Shown in pieces: positions 1-11,949 of a stretch of 64,000 nucleotides of DNA (the first letter of the stretch is position 1; each line of letters begins with the position of its first letter). This DNA is from Raillietiella orientalis. Taxonomy: Eukaryota. The notes under the pieces were generated by a model. It had not been told where the DNA came from. It was given only the letters and a program-made list of their open reading frames with translations, and did not search any database. The stretch lies in contig JAYWIR010000017.1 of NCBI GenBank assembly GCA_036172245.1, positions 3,224,001-3,288,000 of the forward strand, given 5' to 3'. Made by a program: the position numbers and the translations under genes.

Positions 1-404
1 CTCCGTTTTTATTGTCATCTCCTCCTGCTCGTGCATGTGCTTTCTTCCGAGAGAAATTCGGAAAGCGAGGAAAGCGCCCCTATTCCTTCTGACCTCTCGA
101 TAAACTTTGACGCAACCGCGAGGGCGATCCGACCAGCATCTGGTGGCCGTCATCTCAGGTCCCTCGCGGAAACTCCTGTGGCTCACGTCGCCTCAGGGGA
201 TCGCGGATCTTCACATTCCTGACGCCCCTCCTCCTGCCGACCGCGCGCGAATTTCCGGAAAGACCAAAGGTCGAGACCTGTTTCCTGCGTGTGTTGCATG
301 GAAAAAGTCTACGAGCGAGGAACCCTGGCCATTGCTGCCCGGTCAACAGGAGCCTCCCCTCTTCGAAGCGGATCGCCTTCTGCCTTCGAAATTTGGTGGC
401 CGAC

Positions 405-1020
405 TGCCGTGTGTCCGCGTTGGCGGCCGCGTGGCTGTGATCTTCGCGCATGGCACTGAACGTCGCAGGTTCGAGTCCCCATGCGAAGGAACGACGCCGA
501 GAAATGGAGTTGCGTCGTGGACTTCGAGTCCCTACCACAGGATGACACTGGCTGGCCTGCAGGCTTCGGGTAAGATGGCACTACTGGAAACCAGATGACT
601 CTCTTGACTGGCCGGGATTGGAAGCTAAGAAGTCGACCTTCCAAAGTCCTTTCAGGAATCAAAGTGCCCTTCGGGGTTCCCTCCCAGTTGCGAAGATGGG
701 GCCGTTGCCATGGAGCTGATTGATACCTTCCTCGAAAAGTTGAGTTTCCGGAGTGTAAAAAAATGTGCTGCTCCCTTCGGGGTTCTTTTCAGAGGAAGAG
801 GAAACTAGGAGAGGTTCCCTTGCGGGTTTCCTCCGGAGAAGAAATTCCAGGAGCGGATCCTTTACGGGTTCCCTTCTGGGAAAGAAGGAAGACTGGTTGT
901 CTCCGGAGGTCCTTCCGGAGAGGACAAGGGAGAAGTTCCCTTCAGGGTTCCCTCCCAAAAGTAATAGGAACGAACTTCTTGATCCTCCGAAGTCTTCCTG
1001 GATCCAAAGGATGGTCTTTA
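405..1020 (-). repeat. Dispersed repeat R, copy 1 (possibly the 5' region of a Tx1-like element)
   Basis: Collinear similarity to 9162-9725, 20960-21114+22394-22495 and inverted 17135-17345; internal CCCTTCGGGGTTCC-like units. Confidence 0.75.
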
Positions 1021-1039
1021 TAACTTGAAGAGTCATATG

Positions 1040-3990
1040 CGACCTCGGGTGGTGTGGACAGAGGAGCTACCCATTAAGGAGACGAACGGCTCTTCTGCAC
1101 TCCTTGGGAACAGAAAAAAAAAATCCAGCGATCCATTTCTTTGTCGGCGACCAGCAGCGCCGATCTGCGCGAGAGCGAACTGGTCTGCCCTCAGTGAATC
1201 GGGAAGAGCAGCTCTGAAGCTCTGTTTCGTTTTCGATCCAGATGTCTCGGTGGTGACTTCTAGGAGTGTGGGTGCTTCTAAAACGGTACCTCTTTTAAGG
1301 CGCCCATCCATCATCTCTAGAGACACGGACATGCCCTTCTTTTTGATTGCCCGGTGCTGTTGATTTCGCATCCCGCGGCGGGCAGCTACTTCAGGACCCC
1401 CTGCCCTTCTCCGTCCTCCGCGTTCCCCGGTTTGGAACTGGCGGATTCATTCCTCCTCCGCGCGACCTCAGGATCCTGTGGTTCGATCCTGCCTGAAGCC
1501 GGCTGGGGACTCGAATAGCAGGTGGATTCCCAGGGGCGGGTTCCGAAATTATTACTGCCCGGCCATCGAGACTCTGGATGGAGATCCTTGCTTTGCCCCA
1601 GCAAGCATACCGATACCAACATGCAACCGTTTCCCTCGCTGTGTAGCGACGGAGAGCGTACATTCCCCGAGGCTGCTTGCAAGTTTTTCGATTCTCCCCA
1701 TGCAACCCTTCCACTTTTCAGCCGTCATTTTTCACCGGGTCTTGTGGAAAATGACTTCCACAAGACCCGTCTAATCAATTACTGCTGCGGCGTCAGCAGT
1801 TCTTGCCAGCATTTCAGTAGCAGTAATAACTTTTTCATCTTTTTGGAAAATCTTAAAGTGAGAGCCTCGCTTGGAATACCCCTTGTCTTCATTAGAAATG
1901 CTCCCCATCTCGTTTCCAATGAGCCCTGCTGGAGTCGCTGCTTCATCAGGAAGACTCTACCGTGACTGCCTACTGATGTCCCTGCTGGTAGATTTCTCTT
2001 CGTGAGAAGCACCCGATGCTGGGAGTTTGACTCTTGGACGGGGAAAGGACAAAAAAAAAATCATACGGAACGGCCCAGGAACAAAGCCTTCAGCCAACAC
2101 CTTTCGGAAAGTTATGGTGCCAGGACCTCCAGGAATCAGATTTTGGCAATAAGACGCTGATCGCCGAGGAAGGAAAGTCAAAGAGCACAACACTGGGAAG
2201 ACTACTGATCAATTGCTCGCTTGCAATCTTGGCAATCCAGTCCTTGAGGTCTTGACTTTATAGGTGATGGATTGAAAGGATGAAAAGAATTAACTTCTAG
2301 GTGGTTAATGCAAACGACACATCCCCTGTTGTTCCAGAACTTCCTCCTGCGGACTGGGTAAGAAAATCTTCAGAAAATTAAAGAATGTGTTGGAACAGCA
2401 AAAAAGGTTCCAGCATAGCCATCATTAATGCTACAGTGGTGTTGGAAAGTTCTTCTCCTATTTGGTTCCAATTCCAATTTAGAGATGACAAAATTTCTCC
2501 TTGATATTTGTGCAGGAGTCAGCATCACGGGACAATAAGCGCTGTCGTGGTAGTCCAGCGAACTTCCTAAAGGCTATGTGTGTTCAGAAAGGGAAAAATT
2601 GTTGATATACTTCAGCTCCGCACGGTCCGAAGAAATCGAAGAAACATCACAATGTATCATGAACACAAAACTCATGGACCAATAATAGGTCATGCTCTCC
2701 ACGTTGGGCAGCATCCTGTACAATCCTGTACATCCTGCAGGTAACACTCTTCTTAATGAAGGGCTCAAAGTTTGAGGATCAGGAGCTCATCTACGTGATG
2801 CAGATCAATGAACCGCATATGGGAGCATGGCCCTCCAAAGGTGAGATGCACCGGATGTGCAAGAGGTGTAGAGGCTAGGAATAATCCTTCGCGTACATCC
2901 CCGATCGTTCCGTCACCAAATTGGACACATGAAGACGCAATGAACTCATGGTCCAGTGATAAGGAGGCTTTCCAGAAACACTGGCAGCTTCTTAGCGGAA
3001 TAAACTGTCAAGAGGATCTATTGCTTCAGAAGAAATCAAGAGCAATAGTTCCAAGCTGCCCTGCCCTGTCGAGGACTCATTGGTTGCTCAAGAGAAGCTC
3101 CAGGGCTGCGGAAGGAGAGCCAAACACAGAGGATTGCTTCTTGCTCCCCTTTCCAAGGAACAGCTGCATTAGTAGGAGCTGTTGTTTCCTGGATCGCAGG
3201 ATCCACAAGATGACTAAGTGATGAAGAAACTGATGGTTATCGGGAGACTGAAGAAACTCATCAGAAAGGTAAGCAATGTGTTTACGCGCCCAATATTCCA
3301 GGGATGGCTACCGAAAGTATCGGTTGCTTTGCCTCCCGTGACGGAAGAGGAAGGAGGTATACCAATCATCACCTCAGTACTTGGACGCCAACCCCAAATT
3401 GGGCTCAGGGAAAAGGACTTCTTTGATCAGAAAGGTACCGGAGGATGTAAAAGATCAATTAATGGCGGAGATGGTAGGAATTTTTGCTGTTTGCACCCTG
3501 CACTGGCGCAACTCGGTAAGCCACAAAACGTGAATAAAGAATTCATCATGGAGGAAGATCGCCCTGCGTCTCCTTAAGAGGGCAGAATCTCGGACTCCTG
3601 ACTCCAGAGACGGGTGTGCCGACTCTTCTCAAGTTCTTCTTTGGAGATCTTCCTGGCGGCTTTCTCTTTCTTTTGTCTCACGCCCTTGTTTTTGCGTAAA
3701 TCCCCCTTCGTCGTCGAGACATGTGCTCGTCCGTTCTCTTGTGGACTTTAGTCCGGTTTGCGTTCCTCAACTTGTACGAGGGTCCACCATGCTTCACAGG
3801 TACTTCCACCATGTTTCCCGAGAGGCGTGTGCTCGTGTTCCTAGGAACCGAAGCTCCATCCCTGCTCCATTTGGAACCAGCGAGAATCTTCTGCCCATTC
3901 GCTGCCAGTGACAGACGAAACGCACTCCCGCTCCCGAAAAGTTCGCGGCTCACCTGAAGAGGGAGAATTCGGTAGCTCGACACGATGATA
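1040..3990 (-). mobile_element. Decayed L1/Tx1-like retrotransposon (ORF1 remnant plus AP-endonuclease remnant)
   Basis: Frameshifted motifs in the expected order: HDLLLVHE (DxxxLQE), INDGYAG (NVYAP), PGGPGTITF (HP..FT), GSHGRVFL..QGS (SDH..G.WK), EKWKGCMGRI; gag-like HGGPSYK near 3780. Confidence 0.45.
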
Positions 3991-4129
3991 TTCTTGTCAC
4001 GATTGGGTGCCCTGGGCTATGCAGCGGAATTTCGTAACCGGGAAGTCGACGGAATAACCGTTTTATGCTGGTGGTGGAACAGAGAAAATTCGGTCTTGAC
4101 AAGAAATCAACTTCCTCACAGTGTTCGTT

Positions 4130-4400
4130 CCTTCATCTTTTCATCCGCCTTGATGAAACTCGAAAAATATTCGACCCCCCTCCCCTCCGCCTCGCCAGAT
4201 TCGTCCCTCTGCTGTGCTGCCCGGAAATGCACGCACGAAAGTGCCTGTCTGTGGCTCTTCTCTTAGCTGGAGACCGGCTCATTCCATGTTCCTTTTTCAA
4301 ATCTGCTACGATGCACAGTACACCCGTGTGCAACGTGGATTCGTTCTTTTGGCTCTCTGCCTTTCGGGAGTGCGATTTATCCTGCATACATATGTTGTTC
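4130..4400 (-). mobile_element. Tx1-like ORF2 post-RT fragment; inverted copy of ~9795-9995
   Basis: About 165 bp aligns in reverse complement with 9795-9995 (GTAGCAGATTTGAAAAAGGA, GGAATGAGCCGG, GACGAATCTGG shared). Confidence 0.6.
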
Positions 4401-5149
4401 GCCGCCACTACACCGGGAAACGAGTTGTTTGCTCATGATCCTTGTTTACAATTACACCTAAGAAACTTCAATCCAATACTACCAACGGTATGTGATTGGG
4501 AGGTCTCGAATTCCCGTGTCCCTGGAAAAGCAGAGAAGCGCATCGATGCGAGAAGTCATGCTGATCTGTACGATCAGCTGGGCTGGAAAAACACTCAGGA
4601 GGATCCTCGCAACAAGTATCAGCTGTTTCAGTTCTCAAGTTCCAGGAACCTGATCGGATCGGAATTCTTCCGGGAGCTTTTAAAGATGTTTGCACGAAAA
4701 ATCAAGCAGAAATCTCAAATCAGTCATCGCCTTCGCGGGTTATGACGCGGGTTTGAAGTTTTTATTAAAAAATTCGGGCACGCGAGGTTGTGCTTTAGAA
4801 ATTTTAAAACGATCCTTGGATTTGCATCTTCAATAACTCCGCGGGAAAAGGCACTCCCAACCCTTGCGATAATTTTGAGATGCGTGCCCTCCCCCCCCTT
4901 CTCTGGTTCAATCTGTTGAACTTTAATAAATTCCTGGTTACCCTAATTCAATCCCCATGACGAATCCGGACGACCGCGTCGTTCAGATGGCCTGCCCCCT
5001 TCCGGGTCCACACCTGTGCCGAATGCAGCAGGTTGGTACGACGCTTGCGAAGATAATGCAATTTGTTATGGAAGAATAGAAGTGAAAAACTTATTGGGGT
5101 GAAAAAGAGAGAGAGAGATTTCCTCCCGGAGGATGCTGCTGCCTCTGGA

Positions 5150-6760
5150 AACAGCTTATTGATTTCCCTCTCTCCTTACGCTTCTTGAATATTCCTGACG
5201 TATTATGATCGCACCACGGAAATTGGCCTTGCGCAGCAGATACAGGAGATGCAACAAGAGCACACAAAGGCTAGCGAAAAGGATCGGCTTGAGCTCTGAT
5301 CGGAAAGCAGACGCAGTGTTCTCTTGCATGAAGGGTTCCAGCATCCCAGCGTGATTAGGAGCGGGAGCAAGGAGACCAAGGAGCGTGGCATTTTCCAAGT
5401 CCTAAGTTTCGACGGGGACGACGCACTGCTGCCGCCGGACCCAAAGCATCGGCGTCCACACTCCAGGATGACGCGCGAACCAGGCGATGGCGTCGAACCC
5501 GTTCCCGTTTTGAAGGCAATATGCGCCGGCTGCTGGCCCCCGAAGGAAACGACCATCTTCCTGAACTTTCGCCAGGTGCGTGACACGCCCATTCGGAAGT
5601 TCAGCACAGTAACAGGATTTTAGTACCGCCATCATTTAGTGATAACTGTCCGATGCTGAAGCGAGCACTCCGTACGTGCCACACGCACAAACAGGAGGGC
5701 GCAGAACGCGAGATCGCAACAACTGGAACCTGGAAGGCGTTTTAGGTGCAGAGGATTGGTGGCGGGAGAGAAAGAAGTCAAGAACCTGTAGGCAAAGGTG
5801 TGGCTCCTTTGCTTTTGGTTTCCGATCCATAGGAATCGGTCTTAATGCTACCTACTCCGTGCTCCTCTAGCAAAAGCATCTCCTTCTGAAAGTATCGGAG
5901 CCGCGCACAGTTTCTGTCCAAGAGCTCGAAAGACCTCAGCAGTGTACTTGGCAGTCCATCTGAAGCTGACGAGTGGAAGTTTCCACTAAATAAACCAGTA
6001 TTAATAGCAGCAAGTTGAAAAGAAGCAGCAAAACTTGGATGCAGAGGAACTTTGCCTTCTGCAGTAGGTGGGATATTTTCCTCAATAGGTGCAACAGTAG
6101 TAGTTATTTGAGTTGAAGAAAGTAAGAACAGCGATCTAAATTCAAAAGAAGAAGAGGCATTAAGAAACATCATTGGCGGAGTTGATGCAGAAACAGGAGG
6201 GTCCTCAGGTTCGCTCAACTCGCTTGTGCGAATCCAGGTCACGGAAAAAAGTCAAAGGGATGTGCTGCCACCGACTACTTGCCGAATGTGATTTCGCCTT
6301 TCTGCTTCTTAGCACCGCACCGCAAAGAAAGCGCCGTTTCCTGAGACACGATACGATCCAGAGTCGTACCTGAGGTCAAGGAGATGCATCTGCAAGAAGC
6401 TTAGATCGCCCAATGCAACGGCTCGTGGAAACTGCCCGACTGGTGATGTAACGTAAAAAGGCACGTCAGAAACTCCCGCATGTTGCGAGGGAACAAATCT
6501 GCGCAAGAGATTAGCGGGAGATGGGAGTAGCAAGGGGTGGAAGACCATTTTTTCTCAGACTGCAGGAAGCAGAAGGATAAAAAAAACTGCAGATAGTCAC
6601 ACGACACTGGAGTCTTTCTTTTCCTGATCGATTGTTACTAACAAAGCCACAAATGCCTCTGGCAATCTCCAAACAGCATTTTCGAAATGCCTCTAGCGAA
6701 GTACAATGGGTCTCCATATAACGCGAAAGATGGTTAAGCTCAGTGGATAATGTCGTTGTA
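5150..6760 (-). mobile_element. Decayed Tx1-like ORF1 and ORF2-start fragments
   Basis: VVSFGGQQP/AYCLQNGN zinc-knuckle-like remnant (5490-5560) and FELLDRNCARLR resembling the endonuclease N-terminal WNxxGLR motif (~5900). Confidence 0.35.
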
Positions 6761-7030
6761 TTTCGGGAGATGGGGGGAAGTGTCCTAGAACATCACATTT
6801 ATTACTCCACTTTAATGAAAAACGAGAACAAATAGCGCTGACTATATTTATGATTTAACCTAAGGTGAAAAAGTCTTTTAGGGAGTCCACATTTAATTAA
6901 CGGGAACGAATGCATGGCTAGCGCTCTACTGCTATTACGGTGCTCATTCGATATAGTCACCTTTGCTAGGAGCAAAATTTTAAAAATGTTACCTCTATAG
7001 AACGTTATAGATTGTATCGAGATGGGTAGT

Positions 7031-7740
7031 TTCTTAGTCCGGTAGTCCCGGTGCGCCGGGACGTTTGTTCCGAAAGAACGAACCATTTGGGAACTAGGTT
7101 CCCAGACAAAGGGGAAAGAATTTCAAGGGAAGGGTACCCAACACGCACGTCGGGCACACCGAAAGTCAGGAACGGGAAGGAGGAAAACACAAACAGATAT
7201 AAAAAATACCAAAACAAAGGATATGTGGGAAGAAGGGATAGGAAGTCTTTGGTTTAGACAGTTCCATCGTTTCAGAACCGACGTTGAATGCTGGAGCTCT
7301 CCTTCCTGACTTTGCTGGGCTGAGGCCACCTGGCAGCCGTCCTCATGTTGGAGGCCGCAATCCTGGTGACCTCTACTAGGGTCCCTCGAACGCAAAGTGG
7401 GCCATGACGATGGCGCAGATGCAACAGATCGTTGCGATAACAGCGCCTAGCGAGAGGCCGCCACGCGTGAAGCGGCGCATCACGTTCGTTGCGGTAACCC
7501 TGGTGCAGGAGCACCGAAGACAGCCTCCGCCACGGTCCTTGGAGGGCACCACGGTCAAAGAGCAGGTTCGAGAGAGATTCCACCGCTCCGCACCTTCTAC
7601 AGGTTGGGGAGGCAACTCCCCTGATTGTAATGGAGGCCCCAATGAAACAGCAGAACCACCTCCTGTCTCCATCGAAACGGGAACACAGACGTGTCCACGC
7701 ACGAGGGAGGAACCACAATTTCTCCAGGCGGCACACTCAA
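7031..7740 (-). mobile_element. Tx1-like 3' end, subfamily A copy 1 (zf-RVT C-terminus plus 3'UTR)
   Basis: CRRCGAVESLSNLL zinc finger; C-terminus and UTR homologous to 17615-18506; abuts the 14-bp TSD at 7017-7030. Confidence 0.85.
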
Positions 7741-7744
7741 AAGT

Positions 7745-8153
7745 TCTAGCAGAGAATTCCTTGCAGCTCTTTGCTGCCTGCTGGGATTGTGGCGGCCGGG
7801 AGCTACGCTAGGGGAGGGCGGCACGATAGGGACGGTATCTGCTTCGTCCTGCGCTTCCTGTGGACGGCAGCAAGATGGCCCCACCTAGGGCACACTCGGG
7901 TGGAACTTGCCGGCATCCTGGAAAGGATGCAGAGGACGCCCTTCAGCTCCCGGTGATCCCTTCCCTAACTCCCCCTATTTTTTTGTATACATATTGTTGT
8001 TTTATTTTTATTTTTGTTTGCGCCTCCGCTGCCAAGGCGCACCTCGCCGGCCTGCGTGCCGGTTACTCGGCAGGTTCACAGCATTTTCCGACAATGTAGG
8101 GGCGATGGCCCTACACATGTATGTTTGTTATTTTTCAAAATAAACGTCCCGGG
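7745..8153 (+). mobile_element. Tx1-like 3' end, subfamily B copy 1
   Basis: GIVAAGSYARG..DRDGI..ARWPHLG..ELAGILERMQRTP* aligns with the 21342-21560 (-) ORF end; 3'UTR shared down to AATAAACGTCCCGG. Confidence 0.8.
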
Positions 8154-9161
8154 CAATACACTGAAGAGTTCGCACCACCGAAGGAGTCCCTTTGCACAAT
8201 TACGAGGAGTGGCAGCGTCTGCTAGGTCGCTCGTCTTCCAGCCGCTCAATGGTCACGATGGTCTATGATCATGATACGCTAACGGTCGAGATGGGTAGTG
8301 AAATAATAATAAAAAAAAATTAGTTAATTAAACAGTAAGATGATTTTATTATAATCAAATGAACAAACTTATCAGCATCACAAAAGTAAAAAATAGTGTT
8401 AGCGTATGGTAAATGATGATACGATGTAAAATTTGATTCAAAGTTCTTCACAGCTGCTTTTTCTCGCATTCTTCTCAGGAATGGTAAGGACATCATGAAC
8501 AGGAAGGTCAAACATTTTCTGAGCATTTCACAGCTAAGTTGAATGAGTGGTCGATGACTTGGTTCAATATCGAATTTTCCGAACATGGTTACTCTTTAAT
8601 TTTCCTTCTGCATGCTCCATAGGAGCGTTGCTAAGGGTATCCAGATCATGAAAGTGATTTCATTCGTTTTCTCCTTCCGCCCATTCCATAACCTCAGAGT
8701 CAGCTGCTGCATTTTTTCTCTTGCCATGAGATTGAGTCCTGTTGCGATGGGCATGTGATCTTCATCAGCAAAATAGCCCATAGGGAAATTCAACTCGATT
8801 CCTTCAGATGATGAATACAAATGCCTAAAAGCATTCACATAATAACGCTCTTTGGAATTTCATTCCACGACTCTACTGCCATAGAAGCCACATCTTTTAG
8901 AGTAATGCAAAAAAAGTTTCTTTCATCGAATGGCAGAAAACTTAAAATGTTGACTACATCAAGGGTCGCTCATGTCAAAAGTTTTTTCTAGCGAAGGTGA
9001 CCATATCGAGCGTGCACTGTAATAGAGAAAAATGCGTCATCTTCCTACGCTACTCCATTCACAAAATCACGTGCTCACCTTTTTGGAAATATGCTGAGCT
9101 GAGCTGACCCAAACCACGAAATGAAAATTGATCCACAGCGTGTTCTTGGGACTGCTCTACT

Positions 9162-9725
9162 GCCGGTCCGAGTTGGCGGGCGCATGGAGACGGCGGTCTC
9201 CGCGCGTGGTTGCCAAGAGTTGCGGATTCGGGTCCCCACGCGGAGGATCGACGCCGAGAAATGAGGGATGGGTCGAAATGGGGTTTCGAGTCCCCCTTCC
9301 TCCCCCGCAGGATGACGCGGGTTGGACCATTCGTGTGCGGAGCTGCTGGGAACTGGATAATCCCGTTGACTGGCCGGGATAGGAAGTTGACTCGCCGGGG
9401 TCTTTCCAGAAATCAAAGTGCCCTTCGGAGTTCTTTTCCGGTTGCGAAGATGGAGCCGTTGTCATGGAGCTGGTTGATGCCCCTTCTCTGGGAGTTGCCT
9501 TTCCAGAGCGTGAAGAAGCACCGCTGCTCCCTTCGGTAGCGACCCTTCAGGGAAATTGGGGAGAGTCCTTTCCGGGTTCCCTTCGGGAAAGGAATGAGGA
9601 CTGCCTGTCTCCGGGGTTCTCTTCGGAGGCAACCAGGGTCTTCAGAGTTCTCCTACCAACCGTAAGAGGAACGGACTCCTTTCTCCTGAGAAGGATTCGT
9701 AGGATTCGTAGGTCCAAAGGGTCAC
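9162..9725 (-). repeat. Dispersed repeat R, copy 2
   Basis: Shares CGACGCCGAGAAATG, TTGACTGGCCGGGAT, AATCAAAGTGCCCTTCGG and GTTGCGAAGATGG with 405-720. Confidence 0.75.
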
Positions 9726-9749
9726 TCCTAACTCGAAGATTTACTGCTT

Positions 9750-10760
9750 TCTACAAACAGGCTCTCTACGCCGGCCATGTTCTTCGCTGCGCAATACGAA
9801 TCCGCATTGTACACGGGTGTACTGCACACCGTAAGGAGTCTTTAATATCAGTGCGCCACATCAGGTAGCAGATTTGAAAAAGGAGCGCGGAATGAGCCGG
9901 TTTTTAGCGAAGAGCCGTGGATTGCCGCGGACAGGCGCTTTTCGTGCGAGCGTTTCCGGGCGACACAACAGAAGACGAATCTGGAGAGGCGGAAAGCTCA
10001 AAGGAGGAAGACTCAAAGCGCATCTGCCACGATGGATTTCGGTGCGGGCATCTGTGTAATCTACGGAAAAGGGAGGACAACTCGTCATTTGCAAAGTGAA
10101 GGCGCTGTCAGAGAGATGGTCATCTGTTTCTAAGGAAACGCTGATGCAGGGCGGTCATGCACAGAGACGAGGTAAACGCAAGCACAGAGATACACATACC
10201 TGTTTTGAATACCTCGAAGGTGTCTCATGGCAACCGAGACCTAAGAGGAAGCTGAAGCAAAAAAATTCCGTGCTAATCAATCCACGCAGAAAAGTATGGG
10301 AGATTCGATTTCCAGAGGGAAGCATGTCGTGCAAAGTACCAAAATGATTCCGGATTCAGATGCTAAAAACCTCTCGCCAGATCGAAGGCACTCTTAGCCA
10401 CGAAAGAGCAAGAGCAAGATAGGAAATTAATCTTTGCTCATTCGCCAATACGAACCCCTCCATCATCCACGAGCCTATCGAAAGCAGTAGTGGATGGATG
10501 GAAGGAAAAACAAACAAACAAACAAAGCTAAAAATGAAAAACATCAAATGGAGGAAACTGCAAACTTGCTTGGGTGAGTTCCAGTACGAGTTGAGTACGA
10601 ATAATTCGAGTGGGCAGATTCCCACAATGCGCCAAAGACATTTCCAGGTGGCGCAATTGCACTGAAGGGGAACCAGGGATGAGCGAGGCTCCGACAAATT
10701 GTGTCGACTCCAGAGCTTATCGATGGATACTGATTTTTCACGTTTCCCGTTGTTGTTGTT
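9750..10760 (+). mobile_element. Decayed L1/Tx1-like ORF2 C-terminal region
   Basis: RRIWRGGK...WIS...EKGG (FIWxGK..P..GGL motif) and IPTMRQR zf-RVT-like remnant. Confidence 0.45.
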
Positions 10761-11949
10761 TTTTTTAATGCTCCCTCTGTGCTCTTTCAAGTATTCGTCT
10801 TACCCTGCTGACGAGCTACCGAGGTCTTGTTGCCTCAGCTCAATCCAAAGTGAATGATACCGGTAAGAATGGAATAGAGCCTCCGCCCTTTAGCCTGGGT
10901 CAACGGAGGGACCCCTGCAAACACACACACCGCTGCCCAAGGATAGCAGCGCCTCTGACCCTTCCCTCTCTCTCCCACTCTTTCCCCGGGGGTCATTGCG
11001 AGCTCTGGTCTTCCCTTCTATAAGAAAAGAGGTATTTCCCATGCAAACACATTCTCAGATGGCTCCAGAGGTTGATCTTTTGCCCCCCATCCATCTTCCA
11101 CCTTGCCACATTCGTCTTCTATCAAAATCCACGCACGGGAGTGCTTTTTCCGTAGCAATCCCTTCAGCTCCTTTCTTTAGCCGGTCAGTTTCATTTAACA
11201 GGGAATCCGATGGCCGAATCCACACGAAGGGGAGCGTTCCCGAAGAGATTGGAATCTGGGAGGAAAGTGTCAATAGCGATCGCGGAAAATGCAATAATGA
11301 CGGAAATTTTGGGGGTACAGCAATGTCACAGACTGCCTTCGAAAAGTCAGCGCAATTTGCTGAGCTCTAAGGAGGGCACCTGTTGCACCCCGGTGCAGCA
11401 GGACCTGTTGCGTCGGGAAGCCCCGAAGTGGCAAAATTGGAAACACTTGTTCGGTTATACCCGGGACCTGGAATCGTGCACAGTTCACCAGATAAAATAA
11501 ATAAGACCGCCGCAGAAGTGACATCTGAAAAATGAATTCTAATGGGGAAGAAGGATGCAAGAGAGATGAATCGGCGACCTCACTGTTGCCAAACACGTGG
11601 AAGCGGGACGCATGTCATCAATCATTGCCGTCGTAATTGTGGCGATCTTCTATGTGGCCCAGAATATTCTCAGACCTGGTCAAGTGTGAAATTCTTCGAA
11701 AAGCCGTTGAAGGTTTAACATAGGTTGATGCTCGTGTAAAAAATTGAGCCGATAAACCAAACATGAAAAAAAAAAAAAAAAAGGATAGTGTACACCAGAA
11801 CTCTCTTTTAAAATTCGCATGGAACAAAATCAACCATTCCATCCTGATATGGTTCCACCGCAAAACTTATATTGGCGCCTACATTTTTGGTACATTCATA
11901 CGCTTGCATTTTAATGTCTATTAACTATTGATATTAAAATGTCCTTGCT

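Larger units (their letters stand above)
6938..9019 (-). mobile_element. pogo/Tigger-like DNA transposon derivative with 32-bp TIRs and TA TSD, interrupted by a retro-insertion
   Basis: TIRs at 6938-6969 and 8988-9019 (26/32 identical, CAGTGC.. start), TA on both sides; transposase C-terminal remnant ITLKDVASMAVESWNEIPKSVI...FLRRMREKAAVK at ~8420-8910. Confidence 0.8.

Noticed and set aside
4065..4745. 226-aa plus-strand ORF as a gene
   Set aside because: It is antisense to a Tx1 ORF2 fragment repeated at ~9.8 kb.
10808..10845. Hammerhead-like CTGACGA followed by a stem
   Set aside because: The required GAAA after stem II is absent (TCAA instead), and no stem III or cleavage triplet fits.
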